A stretch of DNA of 64,000 bases from positions 1-64,000 of the forward strand of contig CDROCS010005599.1 of the NCBI GenBank assembly GCA_977020255.1, given 5' to 3'. Both the position numbers and the translations under genes were made by a program. Below are positions 29,844-40,567 of this stretch, in pieces. The notes below the pieces were generated by a model. It had not been told where the DNA came from. It saw nothing but the letters and a program-made list of their open reading frames with translations, and made no database searches. The first letter of the stretch is position 1. Every line of letters starts with the position of its first letter. Source of the stretch: Obrimoposthia wandeli (Eukaryota).

Positions 29844-30224
29844 ATGGACAACGAATTATTTGAATTGGGCATGAGCAAGCGCAAAGCGACTTTGGGCGAA
29901 GAGTATGTCAACGCTAACTTGGCCAAAGCCGATGCTTTTAACCTGCCTTTCCAAGAGGCAATGACCCAGTGGTGCTGGGGTTTTGGTTGGGGTGATGAAA
30001 CCATTGATGCCAAAACTCGTTCACTGATGAACCTGACGATGATAGCGGCACTGGGCAAAATGCACGAGTGGGAATTACATTTGCGCGGCGCGATTACCAA
30101 TGGTGTTAGTGTCGATGAGATTCGCTCAGCCATCCACGCCATCGCTATCTACTGTGGTGTGCCACAGGGTGTCGAATGTTTCCGCATTGCCCGTGGTGTT
30201 CTGACTGAGTTAGAACTTATTTAA
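29844..30224 (+). CDS. Carboxymuconolactone decarboxylase (PcaC/AhpD-like) family protein
   Basis: G...RKATLG.EYV, WG..W, TRSLMNLTMIAALG, HLRGAITNG, YCGVP. Confidence 0.9.
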   Translation: MDNELFELGMSKRKATLGEEYVNANLAKADAFNLPFQEAMTQWCWGFGWGDETIDAKTRSLMNLTMIAALGKMHEWELHLRGAITNGVSVDEIRSAIHAIAIYCGVPQGVECFRIARGVLTELELI

Positions 30225-30371
30225 GAGAAAATATTAAGCTGGCACCATCGCGCCAGTGAATGAGGCTCTATCGTGATTTGTTGTCCACAGCAATGATGTA
30301 AAGAGAGCTAAATTTATCCCACTGCGGCGATACGCAGCGTATTTTTTATTGCGCGTACAACCTGCAGCATA

Positions 30372-31853
30372 ATGTTAGAGAGTAAAATAATGCCTATATC
30401 AGCGTTAAAAGATAGTTCACTACTAAAAACCCAAGCCTACATTAATGGCCTGTGGGTCGATGCCGACAGCGGCGCCACTTTCGATGTTACAGACCCAGGT
30501 ACCGGTAAAGTGATCGCGCAAGTGGCCGATTTAGGCGCTGCACAGACACGTCTGGCGATTGAAGCTGCCGATATCGCGATGCAATCTTGGAAGAAAAAAA
30601 CCGCCAAAGAACGCGCTAATACTTTACGCAAGTGGTTTGAATTAATGATGGCCAATCAAGAAGATTTGGCCATCATAATGACCGCAGAGCAGGGTAAGGT
30701 GATTGCTGAGTCACGTGGTGAAGTAGGTTACGGCGCTTCTTTCATTGAATGGTTTGCAGAAGAGGGTAAACGTATCTACGGCGATATTATTCCCAATACG
30801 ACCGCAGATCGCCGCTCTATAGTGATTAAGCAGCCAATCGGGGTGGTGGCAGCAGTAACGCCTTGGAACTTCCCAAATGCCATGATCACACGTAAAGCGG
30901 CCCCCGCTTTAGTGACTGGTTGCGCTATTGTCTTAAAGCCCGCCGCTGAAACACCGCTATCTGCCTTGGCCATGGCTGAATTGGCTGATCGTGCTGGTAT
31001 ACCCGCAGGTTTGTTTAACGTAGTCACTGGCATGAACGCACCTGAAATTGGTGAAGAGCTGACGTCTAACCCCATTGTAAAGAAGTTTACTTTTACCGGC
31101 TCTACACCCGTGGGCAAGTTATTGATGGCACAGTGTGCAAAAACAGTTAAGCGCACTTCGATGGAGCTTGGCGGCAACGCACCTGTCATTGTCTTTGACG
31201 ATGCTGATATCGACAAGGCAGTCGCCGGTGCTATCGGCACCAAGTTTCGCAATGCAGGACAAACCTGTATTTGCGCCAACCGTATCATCGTACAAGATAC
31301 TATCTACGATGAGTTTGTTGCTAAGCTAGCGGCTAAAGTGAGTGAATTCACTGTAGGTAATGGTTTTGATGCAGCGACCACTATCGGACCACTTATTACT
31401 GAACAAGCAGTCGCTAAAGTTGATTCACTAGTTAGCGATGCAATAGCCAAAGGAGCGACAGTTAATACCGGTGGCCAAAAAGATAGCGCAGGTGCTAACT
31501 TCTACCAGCCAACAGTACTGTCCAACTTAAGCGCTGATATGCGCATCGCTAAAGAAGAGATCTTTGGCCCAGTGGCACCGGTATTTAAGTTCAGCACTGA
31601 AGCCGAGGCAATTGCGATGGCCAATGATACTGAGTTTGGTTTGGCCTCGTATTTATTTACCGAGAATCTGTCGCGTATTTGGCGTGTATCAGAAGCGATT
31701 GATTATGGCATGGTCGGGGTTAACGAAGTGGCGATCAGCTCTGAAGTTATTCCATTCGGTGGCATGAAGCAGTCAGGTCAAGGCCGCGAAGGTTCTAAGT
31801 ACGGCCTAGATGATTACTTGGAAATTAAGTACATCTGCATGGGTGGCTTGTAA
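30372..31853 (+). CDS. gabD: NAD(P)-dependent succinate-semialdehyde dehydrogenase (TgnE role inferred)
   Basis: TPWNFPNAMITRKAAPAL, SMELGGNAP, FRNAGQTCICANR, EEIFGPVA, GREGSKYG. Confidence 0.95.
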   Translation: MLESKIMPISALKDSSLLKTQAYINGLWVDADSGATFDVTDPGTGKVIAQVADLGAAQTRLAIEAADIAMQSWKKKTAKERANTLRKWFELMMANQEDLAIIMTAEQGKVIAESRGEVGYGASFIEWFAEEGKRIYGDIIPNTTADRRSIVIKQPIGVVAAVTPWNFPNAMITRKAAPALVTGCAIVLKPAAETPLSALAMAELADRAGIPAGLFNVVTGMNAPEIGEELTSNPIVKKFTFTGSTPVGKLLMAQCAKTVKRTSMELGGNAPVIVFDDADIDKAVAGAIGTKFRNAGQTCICANRIIVQDTIYDEFVAKLAAKVSEFTVGNGFDAATTIGPLITEQAVAKVDSLVSDAIAKGATVNTGGQKDSAGANFYQPTVLSNLSADMRIAKEEIFGPVAPVFKFSTEAEAIAMANDTEFGLASYLFTENLSRIWRVSEAIDYGMVGVNEVAISSEVIPFGGMKQSGQGREGSKYGLDDYLEIKYICMGGL

Positions 31854-31893
31854 GCACTAGCTTAAGCATTACTTATAACGTTACTTGATTAAA

Positions 31894-31922
31894 GCGCTCC
31901 GCAACAACGGGGCGTTTTTTTT
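31894..31922 (+). terminator. Rho-independent terminator after gabD
   Basis: cgctccg-N6-cggggcg followed by T8. Confidence 0.75.
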
Positions 31923-32016
31923 GTTTTAAGGAAAGTTTCCAGTAGGTGGTGAATAAATCTAAAGGGAGTCGTTGTGAAGCTCTAGATATATCTAGATAGA
32001 AGCTTTGATTGCCAAT

Positions 32017-32044
32017 AAAAAAGCAGCCTCTAAGGCCGCTTTTT
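32017..32044 (-). terminator. Rho-independent terminator after catalase
   Basis: aaaaaagcagcct-ct-aaggccgcttttt, a hairpin flanked by A and T runs. Confidence 0.65.
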
Positions 32045-32057
32045 ATATGTCAGTATA

Positions 32058-33503
32058 TTACATATCGGCTAAATCGATGTTTAGCGCCTTTGCAATGCCG
32101 GCCCCGTAAGCGGGATCTGCCGCTAGGCAGTGTGCTATATGACGTTTTTGAATATCGACACTGGCACCGCCAACTGAGGCCGCAGTGTTGTTGAACAATG
32201 CGTTGCGCTGTGTTTCATTCATTAACCTGAATAAATCACCTGCCTGCGAAAAATAATCTTCATCTTCGCGGTGATCCCAATGTCCCGCTTCACCGTTGAG
32301 TGCGAGTTTCGGTTCAGCGTATTCTGGCTGCTCCTGCCACTCACCTTGACTGTTTGGCTGATAGCCAACCGTACTGCCAAAGTTGCCGTCGGTACGCATG
32401 GCGCCATCTCTGTGATAGCTGTGTACAGGGCAACGTGGTGCATTGACCGGGATATGCTGGTGGTTGACCCCTAGACGGTAGCGCTGGGCATCCCCGTAGG
32501 CAAAGAGCCTTCCCTGCAGCATTTTATCTGGGGAGAAACTAATACCAGGCACAACATTGGCAGGGTTAAAGGCCGCCTGTTCTACTTCAGCATAAAAGTT
32601 TTGTGGATTTCTATTGAGCTCAAGCACGCCAACTTCGATCAATGGATAGTCTTTTTGTGACCATACCTTGGTTAAATCAAAAGGGTTAAAAGGGGAGTTA
32701 TCTGCTTGTTCTTGGCTCATCACTTGAATCTTTAAAGCCCAAGAAGGATTATTACCCTCCTCGATAGCGTCATATAAGTCAGCCTGGTGACTCTCGCGAT
32801 CTTGGCCAATCACTGCTGCTGCTTCCGCATCTGTTAAATTGACGATCCCCTGATTAGATTTGAAGTGGAATTTTACCCACACTCGCTCGCCTTTATCATT
32901 GATTAAACTAAAGGTATGGCTGCCAAAACCGTGCATTTGACGATAGCTGGCGGGAATGCCACGATCACTCATCACAATAGTAATTTGATGTAGTGCCTCG
33001 GGGAGAGACGTCCAAAAATCCCAGTTGTTTTGCGCGCTGCGTCTGTTGGTGCGCGGGTCGCGTTTGACTGCATGATTTAAATCGGGAAACTTAATAGGGT
33101 CGCGCAGAAAAAATACCGGCGTGTTATTGCCGACTAAATCCCAGTTGCCCTGTTGAGTGTAGAACTTGAGCGAAAAACCGCGAATATCTCGCTCGGCATC
33201 AGCGGCACCACGCTCACCAGCCACGGTGGTAAAGCGGGCGAAAACCTCCGTTTGTTTACCCACCTGAGAAAATATATCGGCCATTGAATATTGGCTGATA
33301 TCTTGAGTCACCGTAAAGGTGCCGTAAGCCCCAGAGCCTTTAGCATGCATGCGTCGTTCGGGAATGACTTCGCGGTTGAAGTGCGCGAGCTTTTCCAAAA
33401 ACCAGGCGTCTTGCAGTAATTGTGGACCACGTGGACCTGCAGTCATTACATTCTGGTTGTCGGCTACAGGGCAGCCAGCGGCAGTGGTTAGTTTCTTTGT
33501 CAT
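32058..33503 (-). CDS. katA: Monofunctional small-subunit heme catalase
   Basis: [43 protein letters not shown]. Confidence 0.95.
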   Translation of the reverse strand: MTKKLTTAAGCPVADNQNVMTAGPRGPQLLQDAWFLEKLAHFNREVIPERRMHAKGSGAYGTFTVTQDISQYSMADIFSQVGKQTEVFARFTTVAGERGAADAERDIRGFSLKFYTQQGNWDLVGNNTPVFFLRDPIKFPDLNHAVKRDPRTNRRSAQNNWDFWTSLPEALHQITIVMSDRGIPASYRQMHGFGSHTFSLINDKGERVWVKFHFKSNQGIVNLTDAEAAAVIGQDRESHQADLYDAIEEGNNPSWALKIQVMSQEQADNSPFNPFDLTKVWSQKDYPLIEVGVLELNRNPQNFYAEVEQAAFNPANVVPGISFSPDKMLQGRLFAYGDAQRYRLGVNHQHIPVNAPRCPVHSYHRDGAMRTDGNFGSTVGYQPNSQGEWQEQPEYAEPKLALNGEAGHWDHREDEDYFSQAGDLFRLMNETQRNALFNNTAASVGGASVDIQKRHIAHCLAADPAYGAGIAKALNIDLADM

Positions 33504-33564
33504 CTCTCTATCCTCTTGGTGGGGGGCTTAGAATTAGATTAGCAAGCTTAGAGTTTTAGTTTAA

Positions 33565-33601
33565 CTCAATTAAAGCTATAGCTTTTATAGTTTTAAGCAA
33601 T
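33565..33601 (-). promoter_or_regulatory. Candidate OxyR site upstream of catalase
   Basis: Minus strand ATTG-N7-CTAT-N7-ATAG-N7-TGAG versus consensus ATAG-N7-CTAT-N7-ATAG-N7-CTAT. Confidence 0.5.
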
Positions 33602-33702
33602 TGATAGGTTGTACACAAAGCATATAGCGCTGGTATCTAGATTTAACAGGGACTATATTTCGAGCCTAAGATTATGTTTTTAAAAAGTTATTAAAGGACT
33701 AT

Positions 33703-34749
33703 ATGGATCAACCTATTGTAGTAAAAGCAGGTTCGGAAACGCCAGATCCCATTAGTGGAACCAGCTTTCCTATACCTGAGTGTTTAGCGATATTACGCTC
33801 GCGGTGTCAGGTTATTGTCACTGAAGATGAAGATCCAGAGACATTAATCGGTGTGTTAGCAGGGGCAAGTATCTTGATGTACACCTATGCAGCTATTACT
33901 CGTGAGGTACTTGAAGCGGGACAGCCTACCCTTAAAACCGTGATAAAAATGGGCACAGGTATTGATTCGGTTGATTTTGTTGCCGCCAGAGAGCTTGGCG
34001 TTCGTATCGTCAATTGTCCGGATTATGCACGCTTTGCTGTGGCAGAGACTGCTTTTTTATTGTTGATTAATTGTTTCAAAAAATTCGTGCCGATTAACAC
34101 TGCAATGCGTCAATCTGGCTGGAGTGCCCCCAGTGCGCAAAATCAAGGGCGAGAACTACAAGGTAAAACAGTAGGTCTAATAGGTCTTGGTCATGTTAAT
34201 ACTCAACTGGCCCAAATGTGTCGGGGCTTTGGGATGAGTATACAGGCCTACAGTCCGCGAATGGATCGAGCAACCATGGCTGAACGCGGTGCGCAAAAAG
34301 TAGATTCGCTATTGGCGTTGGCCGCTTCAGTTGATGTGCTGTGTATCTGTGTGCCTTTAACACAAGAGACCACAGGGCTGATTAGTCGCCAAGTGTTAGC
34401 GGCAATGAAACCAAGTGCTTTTTTAATCAATGTAGGTCGTGGCGCCACGGTAGACGAAGGTGCTCTGGTGGAAAGTATTGAAAATGGCCGATTGGCAGGA
34501 TGTGGTTTGGATGTGTATTCCCAAGAGCCATTAAATAAGCAAACACATCCCATGGCAAAATTATTAACGATGGACAATGCCGTGCTTTCGCCCCATTTAG
34601 CTGCGTGGACCAGTGATACTTGGCAGCGGTTACAAAGCGATATTGTGGCGCATGTATCTGATGCAATTGATGACAAGCCGCTGACTATTCGCTCGACAGA
34701 TTCTCGCTTAGAGAATCAGCTAGGTTGTATTTATGAGAGCGCTGTTTAG
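33703..34749 (+). CDS. D-isomer-specific 2-hydroxyacid dehydrogenase family protein
   Basis: GTGIDSVD, GLIGLGHV, LINVGRG, GLDVYSQEP, SPHLA. Confidence 0.92.
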   Translation: MDQPIVVKAGSETPDPISGTSFPIPECLAILRSRCQVIVTEDEDPETLIGVLAGASILMYTYAAITREVLEAGQPTLKTVIKMGTGIDSVDFVAARELGVRIVNCPDYARFAVAETAFLLLINCFKKFVPINTAMRQSGWSAPSAQNQGRELQGKTVGLIGLGHVNTQLAQMCRGFGMSIQAYSPRMDRATMAERGAQKVDSLLALAASVDVLCICVPLTQETTGLISRQVLAAMKPSAFLINVGRGATVDEGALVESIENGRLAGCGLDVYSQEPLNKQTHPMAKLLTMDNAVLSPHLAAWTSDTWQRLQSDIVAHVSDAIDDKPLTIRSTDSRLENQLGCIYESAV

Positions 34750-34956
34750 CAGTGTTTAAAATAGGGCGCTGAGTGATGCTGTCGCAAGGTAGAAGTGTGT
34801 TATACGCTAATCATCACACGCGCAGAACAGATATTAGAGGCAGCAGGTGTTCGGGTTTGGCTGATGGTAGCGAAAAAGTAGATAATATGGCCAAATACTG
34901 ATTTCTCGTAATAGATTCAAGCTCAACAATATTTAGCAGCTGGAGTAATACATTAA

Positions 34957-35865
34957 GTGCAAAAAATCCAATATAAGAACACTGATTTACATTCGTCTCG
35001 TCTTATTTACGGCTGTATGCGTATAGCGGGTGATAACTCAACCCAGGACAGAACAAAGGGAAAACTAGCGCTAAGAGCTGCCCTTGAGGCGGGTTATACA
35101 CACTTTGACCATGCTGATATTTACGGTGATGGCCATTGTGAAAGTTTGTTTGGCGAGCTATTAACAGAGCTTCAACAAGAGACGCCCGCATTGCGTGATC
35201 AACTTATTATCACCTCAAAAGCTGGAATACGCCGTGATCCTCAGCGCTACGATTTTACACCTGAGTATTTGATCTCTAGTGTCGAGCGCTCACTCAAGCG
35301 CTTAAACATAGATACTTTAGATATGTTTTTGTTACACCGTCCTGATTATCTTTTAGATGCAGAGCAGGTAGCGCAAACTTTTGAGCAGTTAAAAAAGAGC
35401 GGTAAGGTTAAGCATTTTGGTGTTAGTAACTTTAGTGCCTCCCAAGTTAGCTTGTTACAAGCAGCTTTAGATGAGCCGTTACTGGTCAATCAAATAGAAA
35501 TTAACATCCATAATATTAACGGCTTTAGCGATGGTAGTTTAGATCAATGCCAGCAACTTGGCATAACGCCTATTGCGTGGTGCCCACTGGGTGGCGTTGC
35601 TTATCCAGCATGGGGCAATACTTTTTCAAAAGCTGACGAACAGCGTATTGAAACAGAACTATCACAGCAAGCTGAGAAATATAACTGCTTACCATGGCAG
35701 CTAATTTTAGCTTGGTTACTTAAACACCCCGCACATATCAGTCCTATTATTGGCTCTACGACACCGCAGCGGATTGTCGCAGCTAAACAAGCTTTAGCGA
35801 TTTCATATAGCCATGCTGATTGGTATCGTTTACTTGAAGCTAGAAACGGTTATGCACAGCCATAA
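34957..35865 (+). CDS. Aldo/keto reductase (YdhF-like)
   Basis: FDHADIYG, ITSKAGI, LLHRPD, GVSNFS, PIIGSTT. Confidence 0.92.
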   Translation: MQKIQYKNTDLHSSRLIYGCMRIAGDNSTQDRTKGKLALRAALEAGYTHFDHADIYGDGHCESLFGELLTELQQETPALRDQLIITSKAGIRRDPQRYDFTPEYLISSVERSLKRLNIDTLDMFLLHRPDYLLDAEQVAQTFEQLKKSGKVKHFGVSNFSASQVSLLQAALDEPLLVNQIEINIHNINGFSDGSLDQCQQLGITPIAWCPLGGVAYPAWGNTFSKADEQRIETELSQQAEKYNCLPWQLILAWLLKHPAHISPIIGSTTPQRIVAAKQALAISYSHADWYRLLEARNGYAQP

Positions 35866-36050
35866 ATGCAGTGGGACTAATAATAGGCTAGGCAAAGTAT
35901 TTAGCTGAGCCTAGGCCGTCCTAATAGATACCCACTCGTTAGTAGCATAATGCTAGTAGTTTGTTCGACAGTCTCCTAGACTTACAGACGTAATGTTTTG
36001 CCGTTGATAGGTGCTGTGGCACGGGTGATAACAGATAAAGGAAGTTGTTT

Positions 36051-36827
36051 ATGGTGGTGTTATGTGTCGCAAACACTCAGGTAAAAATAGATCGTGGTGA
36101 ATTGGTTTCTTTTGTACAAGATGGCGAAGAGGTTATTCATCAAAAGGGCGCACCTGGCTGGGGGGCTTCAGATATAGAAATGTTTCCCGTCATCGGCCCA
36201 ACGGTGGGCTCTCATTATAAAGTGCAGACGGCAAAGGGCGTAGCTACTTTGGAGCAGCACGGCTTGTTAAGAGAATTGAGCTATAGCAAGGTAACGCAAT
36301 CTGACAGGCAAGTGGTTTTCAAAAAAAGCTATCGGGCAAACAGTGGTGTTGCAAACTCTAAGTTTCCTGAGAGATCTAGCGAAGCACTGCTTTCTTGGCC
36401 CTATGATTTTGAATTTGTAAAACGTTTCACTCTCAGTGAAGATGGCCTGCAAATTGATTTTGAAGTAATTGCTGAAGAGGGGATGCCTTTTATGTTGGGT
36501 TATCATCCGGCTTTTGCCATCAATACAGCAGCGGCTTATGTTCTAGCAGGGGATAGGCGTATCACGCTTGCAGAGGTACTGGCTGTTGGAGACAATGCTT
36601 ATGAGCTAAGTAATGTCACAGCAATACAGTTACACGATCAAAAGAAGGTGGATATTCGCAGCAGCGGTTTTAATCATTTTATGCTCTGGACCCCTACCGC
36701 TAATATGTTGTGTATAGAGCCCATAACCTTTTATCCCTATGTAAAATCACAGCAAAGATTAGAGCAAGGTTTTCAGGCACTGCAAGCATCGGTAGATAAC
36801 TTCAGTGTGCACATCTCAGTTAGCTAG
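36051..36827 (+). CDS. Aldose 1-epimerase-like (galactose mutarotase fold) protein
   Basis: MFPVIGP, QHGLLR, WPYDF, FMLGYHPAF, LCIEP; AAGGA RBS before the ATG at 36051. Confidence 0.8.
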   Translation: MVVLCVANTQVKIDRGELVSFVQDGEEVIHQKGAPGWGASDIEMFPVIGPTVGSHYKVQTAKGVATLEQHGLLRELSYSKVTQSDRQVVFKKSYRANSGVANSKFPERSSEALLSWPYDFEFVKRFTLSEDGLQIDFEVIAEEGMPFMLGYHPAFAINTAAAYVLAGDRRITLAEVLAVGDNAYELSNVTAIQLHDQKKVDIRSSGFNHFMLWTPTANMLCIEPITFYPYVKSQQRLEQGFQALQASVDNFSVHISVS

Positions 36828-36842
36828 CTGTTGCGGGTGACA

Positions 36843-37724
36843 TTATTTAATATTACCCACCACTGATTCAGTAAATGCACGAATGCTCGGTTTGAATGAG
36901 TCCTTGCGCCAGATGAAGTGGGTGATTGACTTGGCCCAACCCTTATCTACTGGATGTATTTGAATACTATCGGCGAAAGGGTAGTTATCTAACAGTGCGA
37001 TAGGTACCAAACCTATGCCCATACCGCCGGCAACACAGCTTAGTAAAGTGTGGTAAGAGTTTATTTCTATAACCTTAGTATGGTTGCCGCCATCTTTGAC
37101 CCACGCGGTGAGCTTACCGCGATAGGCACAGCTAGCGCTGAATCCCATAAAAGTTGGATCGCTGGTTAAATCTTGTGCGCAGGTGATCGGTGGGTGACTC
37201 AAATCTGAAACGATAACTAGCTGCTCTTGAAAGATCGGCACTTGTTCAAGTCGGCTATCGGGTTGTGGGTCGGCGACTAGCGCCATGTCCAAATCGCCAC
37301 AGAGAACTTGAGAGATTAAATCTCCAGTTGGCGCTGTTTTTATTTCTAAATTGACTTGTGGATGATTCTTGTGAAAAAGCATCACCGGCTCAACTAAGCG
37401 GGTGGCCGCCACAGCTTCCATAGAACCTAAGCGTAATGCACCGCTTGGTGCTTGGTCGGTAACGGCATTTAATGTTTCTTGGGCCAGCGCGATCAAGCGC
37501 TTGGCAAAGGGCAGTAATAACTCTCCGGAAGGTGAAATACGCAGGCGATTTTTTTCGCGAAGAAAGAGAGACTGACCAAGTTTGTGCTCTAAGGTTTTGA
37601 TTCTGGCAGTGACATTTGAGGGCACACGATGCAGTTTATCGGCGGCGGCACTCACTCCACCGCTTTCGACCACTTGGACAAATATTCTTAAATCCGACAG
37701 CTGCAAAATAAACTCCTTATTCAT
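36843..37724 (-). CDS. LysR family regulator
   Basis: GGVSAAADKLHRVPSNVTARIKTLE. Confidence 0.93.
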   Translation of the reverse strand: MNKEFILQLSDLRIFVQVVESGGVSAAADKLHRVPSNVTARIKTLEHKLGQSLFLREKNRLRISPSGELLLPFAKRLIALAQETLNAVTDQAPSGALRLGSMEAVAATRLVEPVMLFHKNHPQVNLEIKTAPTGDLISQVLCGDLDMALVADPQPDSRLEQVPIFQEQLVIVSDLSHPPITCAQDLTSDPTFMGFSASCAYRGKLTAWVKDGGNHTKVIEINSYHTLLSCVAGGMGIGLVPIALLDNYPFADSIQIHPVDKGWAKSITHFIWRKDSFKPSIRAFTESVVGNIK

Positions 37725-37797
37725 AAAAAGTGAACGCTTTCTTCTTAATTATTCACTATTAATGCATGAAAGGCTAGCCTAAACTTGCTCTATTGAT

Positions 37798-38709
37798 ATG
37801 AGGAAGCAGACATTGAAAACAATAAATTCGGGATATTATTTTGCACTCGCTGCGGCGTTGATATGGTCAGGCTTTATCTTGGTTTCGCGCTTGGGTGGTA
37901 TCAGTGACCTCAACGGCTATGATGTGATCGCCATTCGCTATGCTACCTGCGCGCTACTGGTGCTTCCTATCTGGTGGTTCAAGCTGCGGTTTAAGTTATT
38001 CAGTTTAAAAATGTGGACCTGTGCGCTTGTGGGAGGTCTGGGTTATGCATTATTTACCTTTCAGGGCTTTCAGTTGGCCAGTGCTGCACACGCAGCTATT
38101 TTATTGCCGGGCTTGATGCCGCTGTTTATTTTACTCAGTGCCGTATTGATTAACGGTGAGCGGCCTAAAATGCAAAAATGGCTTGGCGTTGGGGTAATTA
38201 CCTTAGGAGTCGCTGCGTTGTTTTGGCCTATATTACAGAGCATGGGGAGCTTATCCCAAGGGCATCTTCTGCTCATTGGTGGCTCTCTTTGCTGGGCGCT
38301 ATTCTCGGTATTAGTTAAGCGTTGGGAGGTCACTCCCTGGCAGGCAACGGTTAGTTTAGCCGTGCTGACTTGTTTGATTTACCTTCCTTTTTATCTCGCT
38401 TATGCGCCCAAAAATATTGTTGCAACGCCGTGGCGCGATATCGCGTTGCAAGCATTCTATCAAGGGTTTATGGCCACGATAGTGCAGATGATTCTCTACG
38501 TTAGGGCAGTACAGTTAATAGGTCCTTCTTCGATGGGTGCGGTGATGGCAATTGTCCCTTTGATCTCTGGATTATCCGCTATCTATTTCTTCGATGAACC
38601 TGCTAGTAGCTCACTTTTTAGCGGTTTACTGTTAGTAAGTTTAGGATCCCTTTTAGTACATATGAAATTAAAATTATGGAGAAAAAATAATGCCTTACGT
38701 CAATATTAA
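37798..38709 (+). CDS. DMT/EamA family transporter
   Basis: IWSGFILVSRLG and about 10 TM segments. Confidence 0.9.
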   Translation: MRKQTLKTINSGYYFALAAALIWSGFILVSRLGGISDLNGYDVIAIRYATCALLVLPIWWFKLRFKLFSLKMWTCALVGGLGYALFTFQGFQLASAAHAAILLPGLMPLFILLSAVLINGERPKMQKWLGVGVITLGVAALFWPILQSMGSLSQGHLLLIGGSLCWALFSVLVKRWEVTPWQATVSLAVLTCLIYLPFYLAYAPKNIVATPWRDIALQAFYQGFMATIVQMILYVRAVQLIGPSSMGAVMAIVPLISGLSAIYFFDEPASSSLFSGLLLVSLGSLLVHMKLKLWRKNNALRQY

Positions 38710-38893
38710 AATAACTGATGAGAATGTCACCGCCGAGCAGAAAGCACAACTTATTAGCGGAGCCACCCAGTTACTGGTTGATGTGCTCAATAAAAACCCG
38801 GCGACTACTGTGGTCGTGATCGATGAGATCAACACCGATAACTGGGGAATCGGCGGAAAAGTAGTCACCGATTTACGCCGCCAGACAGAGTAA
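38690..38893 (+). CDS. 4-oxalocrotonate tautomerase family protein
   Basis: MPYVNIKI (catalytic Pro after Met removal), EQKAQLISG.T, WGIGG. Confidence 0.92.
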   Translation: MPYVNIKITDENVTAEQKAQLISGATQLLVDVLNKNPATTVVVIDEINTDNWGIGGKVVTDLRRQTE

Positions 38894-39095
38894 AACGCGG
38901 GCTTTAACGCAGCTCAGATATGAATAATGCTGTGGTATCGGGTTCTAGCGCTTTAAATATATGGCGTTCATCACTTGGATAGCTGGTGTCATACGCTTTT
39001 TGAGAGCAGCGTAGCTGTAAGAGTTTTCAGTGTAAGTAGTTGTTTATTAAGGTTGTATAGTACGTAATGCGCCATTGATAGATGATTATCAATCA

Positions 39096-39998
39096 CTACA
39101 GCTGCTGTGCCATCTGTTGCTGTAACCAAACGGAAAATAGGTCGAAATCAGGATTTTTTGAACGACCTCTTGGGGACACTAAATAGTAACTGTAATCGGT
39201 CTGAAGTTCTTGATCGCCGATGCGTACCAATTGTTTGGTGGCTAACGCGTGTGATGAAATTTTTTGCCAACACAGCGTAATACCTTGTTTGTGCTGTGCC
39301 GCATTCATCGTCATATCAACTTGGTTGTACCAAGATTGGCGCATCGCCTTTGGCTGGGCTAAATCAAAATGAGTGAGCCAGTCACTCCAGCCTATTCCGC
39401 CAGGTGCATCTTCGACGCCTGCGTTGTAATGTAATAAGCCATAATTTTCTATGTGCTTGATAATATTGTCATCTGTATTGAGCAAGCTTGGGTGGCACAC
39501 AGGGAAAACAGTTTCACCACATAAAAAAGTGGCTTCTAAATTACGGTACTCACCGCTGCCAAAGTGAATGTGCCCATCGATTTGGTCTAGGCGAAAGTCA
39601 GCAATTTGATTAAGGGCTATGACTTCTAGGTCAACGTGGGGGCATTCGCTGAAAAAATGGTTTAATCGGGGGATTAACCAATGCTGTCCCAGTGAGGGTA
39701 TAACAGCAATTCTCAGTTTGCGTCCGCTGGCGTGAAATTGACTTTGCTGGATACCGTGTTGAATATTTTTCATTGCTATTGTGGTGTGTTGTTGTAACGC
39801 CTCACCTGCTGCGGTCAGCTTAACGCCCTGTGGTAGACGTTCAAACAAGATAGTTCCCATTTGTTCCTCCAAGCGTTTAATCCTGTGACTAACGGCACTT
39901 GGAGTAATATGTAAAACCTCTGCGGCGCGACTTAAGTTTAAATTTTGCGCAACCACACTAAAAGTTTCAATGGCACTAAGAGATATATTGTTTTGCAT
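39096..39998 (-). CDS. LysR family regulator (GcvA-like)
   Basis: LNLSRAAEVLHITPSAVSHRIKRLEE. Confidence 0.92.
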   Translation of the reverse strand: MQNNISLSAIETFSVVAQNLNLSRAAEVLHITPSAVSHRIKRLEEQMGTILFERLPQGVKLTAAGEALQQHTTIAMKNIQHGIQQSQFHASGRKLRIAVIPSLGQHWLIPRLNHFFSECPHVDLEVIALNQIADFRLDQIDGHIHFGSGEYRNLEATFLCGETVFPVCHPSLLNTDDNIIKHIENYGLLHYNAGVEDAPGGIGWSDWLTHFDLAQPKAMRQSWYNQVDMTMNAAQHKQGITLCWQKISSHALATKQLVRIGDQELQTDYSYYLVSPRGRSKNPDFDLFSVWLQQQMAQQL

Positions 39999-40093
39999 AG
40001 CTATGAACTCAATTCATAAGGTGTTGATAGATTATCGCTATCTTAACGACTAAAGTAAAAGTGATAATGGGTAAAAATACAGAGGAAATAATA

Positions 40094-40567
40094 ATGGCCC
40101 AATACAGTGCAGTAGTCACATGGCAGCGCGATGATGATGAAGCGTTTATCGATAACCAATACAGTCGCGCTCATCAGTGGCAGTTTGATGGCGGTGCCAT
40201 AATCGCTGCATCCTCCTCACCACATATTGTGCCGCTACCTTACTCAGTAGCGGCGAATGTCGATCCAGAAGAGGCTTTTATTGCGGCGCTCTCAAGCTGT
40301 CATATGTTGTTTTTTCTAGGTATAGCGGCGAAAAAGCGCTACTTAGTCAAGAGCTACACAGATGAAGCATTAGGTGTTATGGAGACGGATGAGAAAGGAA
40401 CGATTAGCATGACCAAAGTGACTCTACGGCCCTATGTTGAATTTGACGGTGAGCGCCAGCCCAGCTTACAGCAGCTGGAAAAAATACATCACCAAGCACA
40501 TCAACAGTGCTTCATTGCCAATTCAGTAAAAAGTGAAGTGGTGACTGAAATAAGGACTGCATTATAA
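40094..40567 (+). CDS. OsmC/Ohr family protein
   Basis: YSRAHQWQFDGG, VDPEEAFIAALSSCHML, HQQCFIANSV (two conserved Cys); likely start 40094. Confidence 0.92.
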   Translation: MAQYSAVVTWQRDDDEAFIDNQYSRAHQWQFDGGAIIAASSSPHIVPLPYSVAANVDPEEAFIAALSSCHMLFFLGIAAKKRYLVKSYTDEALGVMETDEKGTISMTKVTLRPYVEFDGERQPSLQQLEKIHHQAHQQCFIANSVKSEVVTEIRTAL

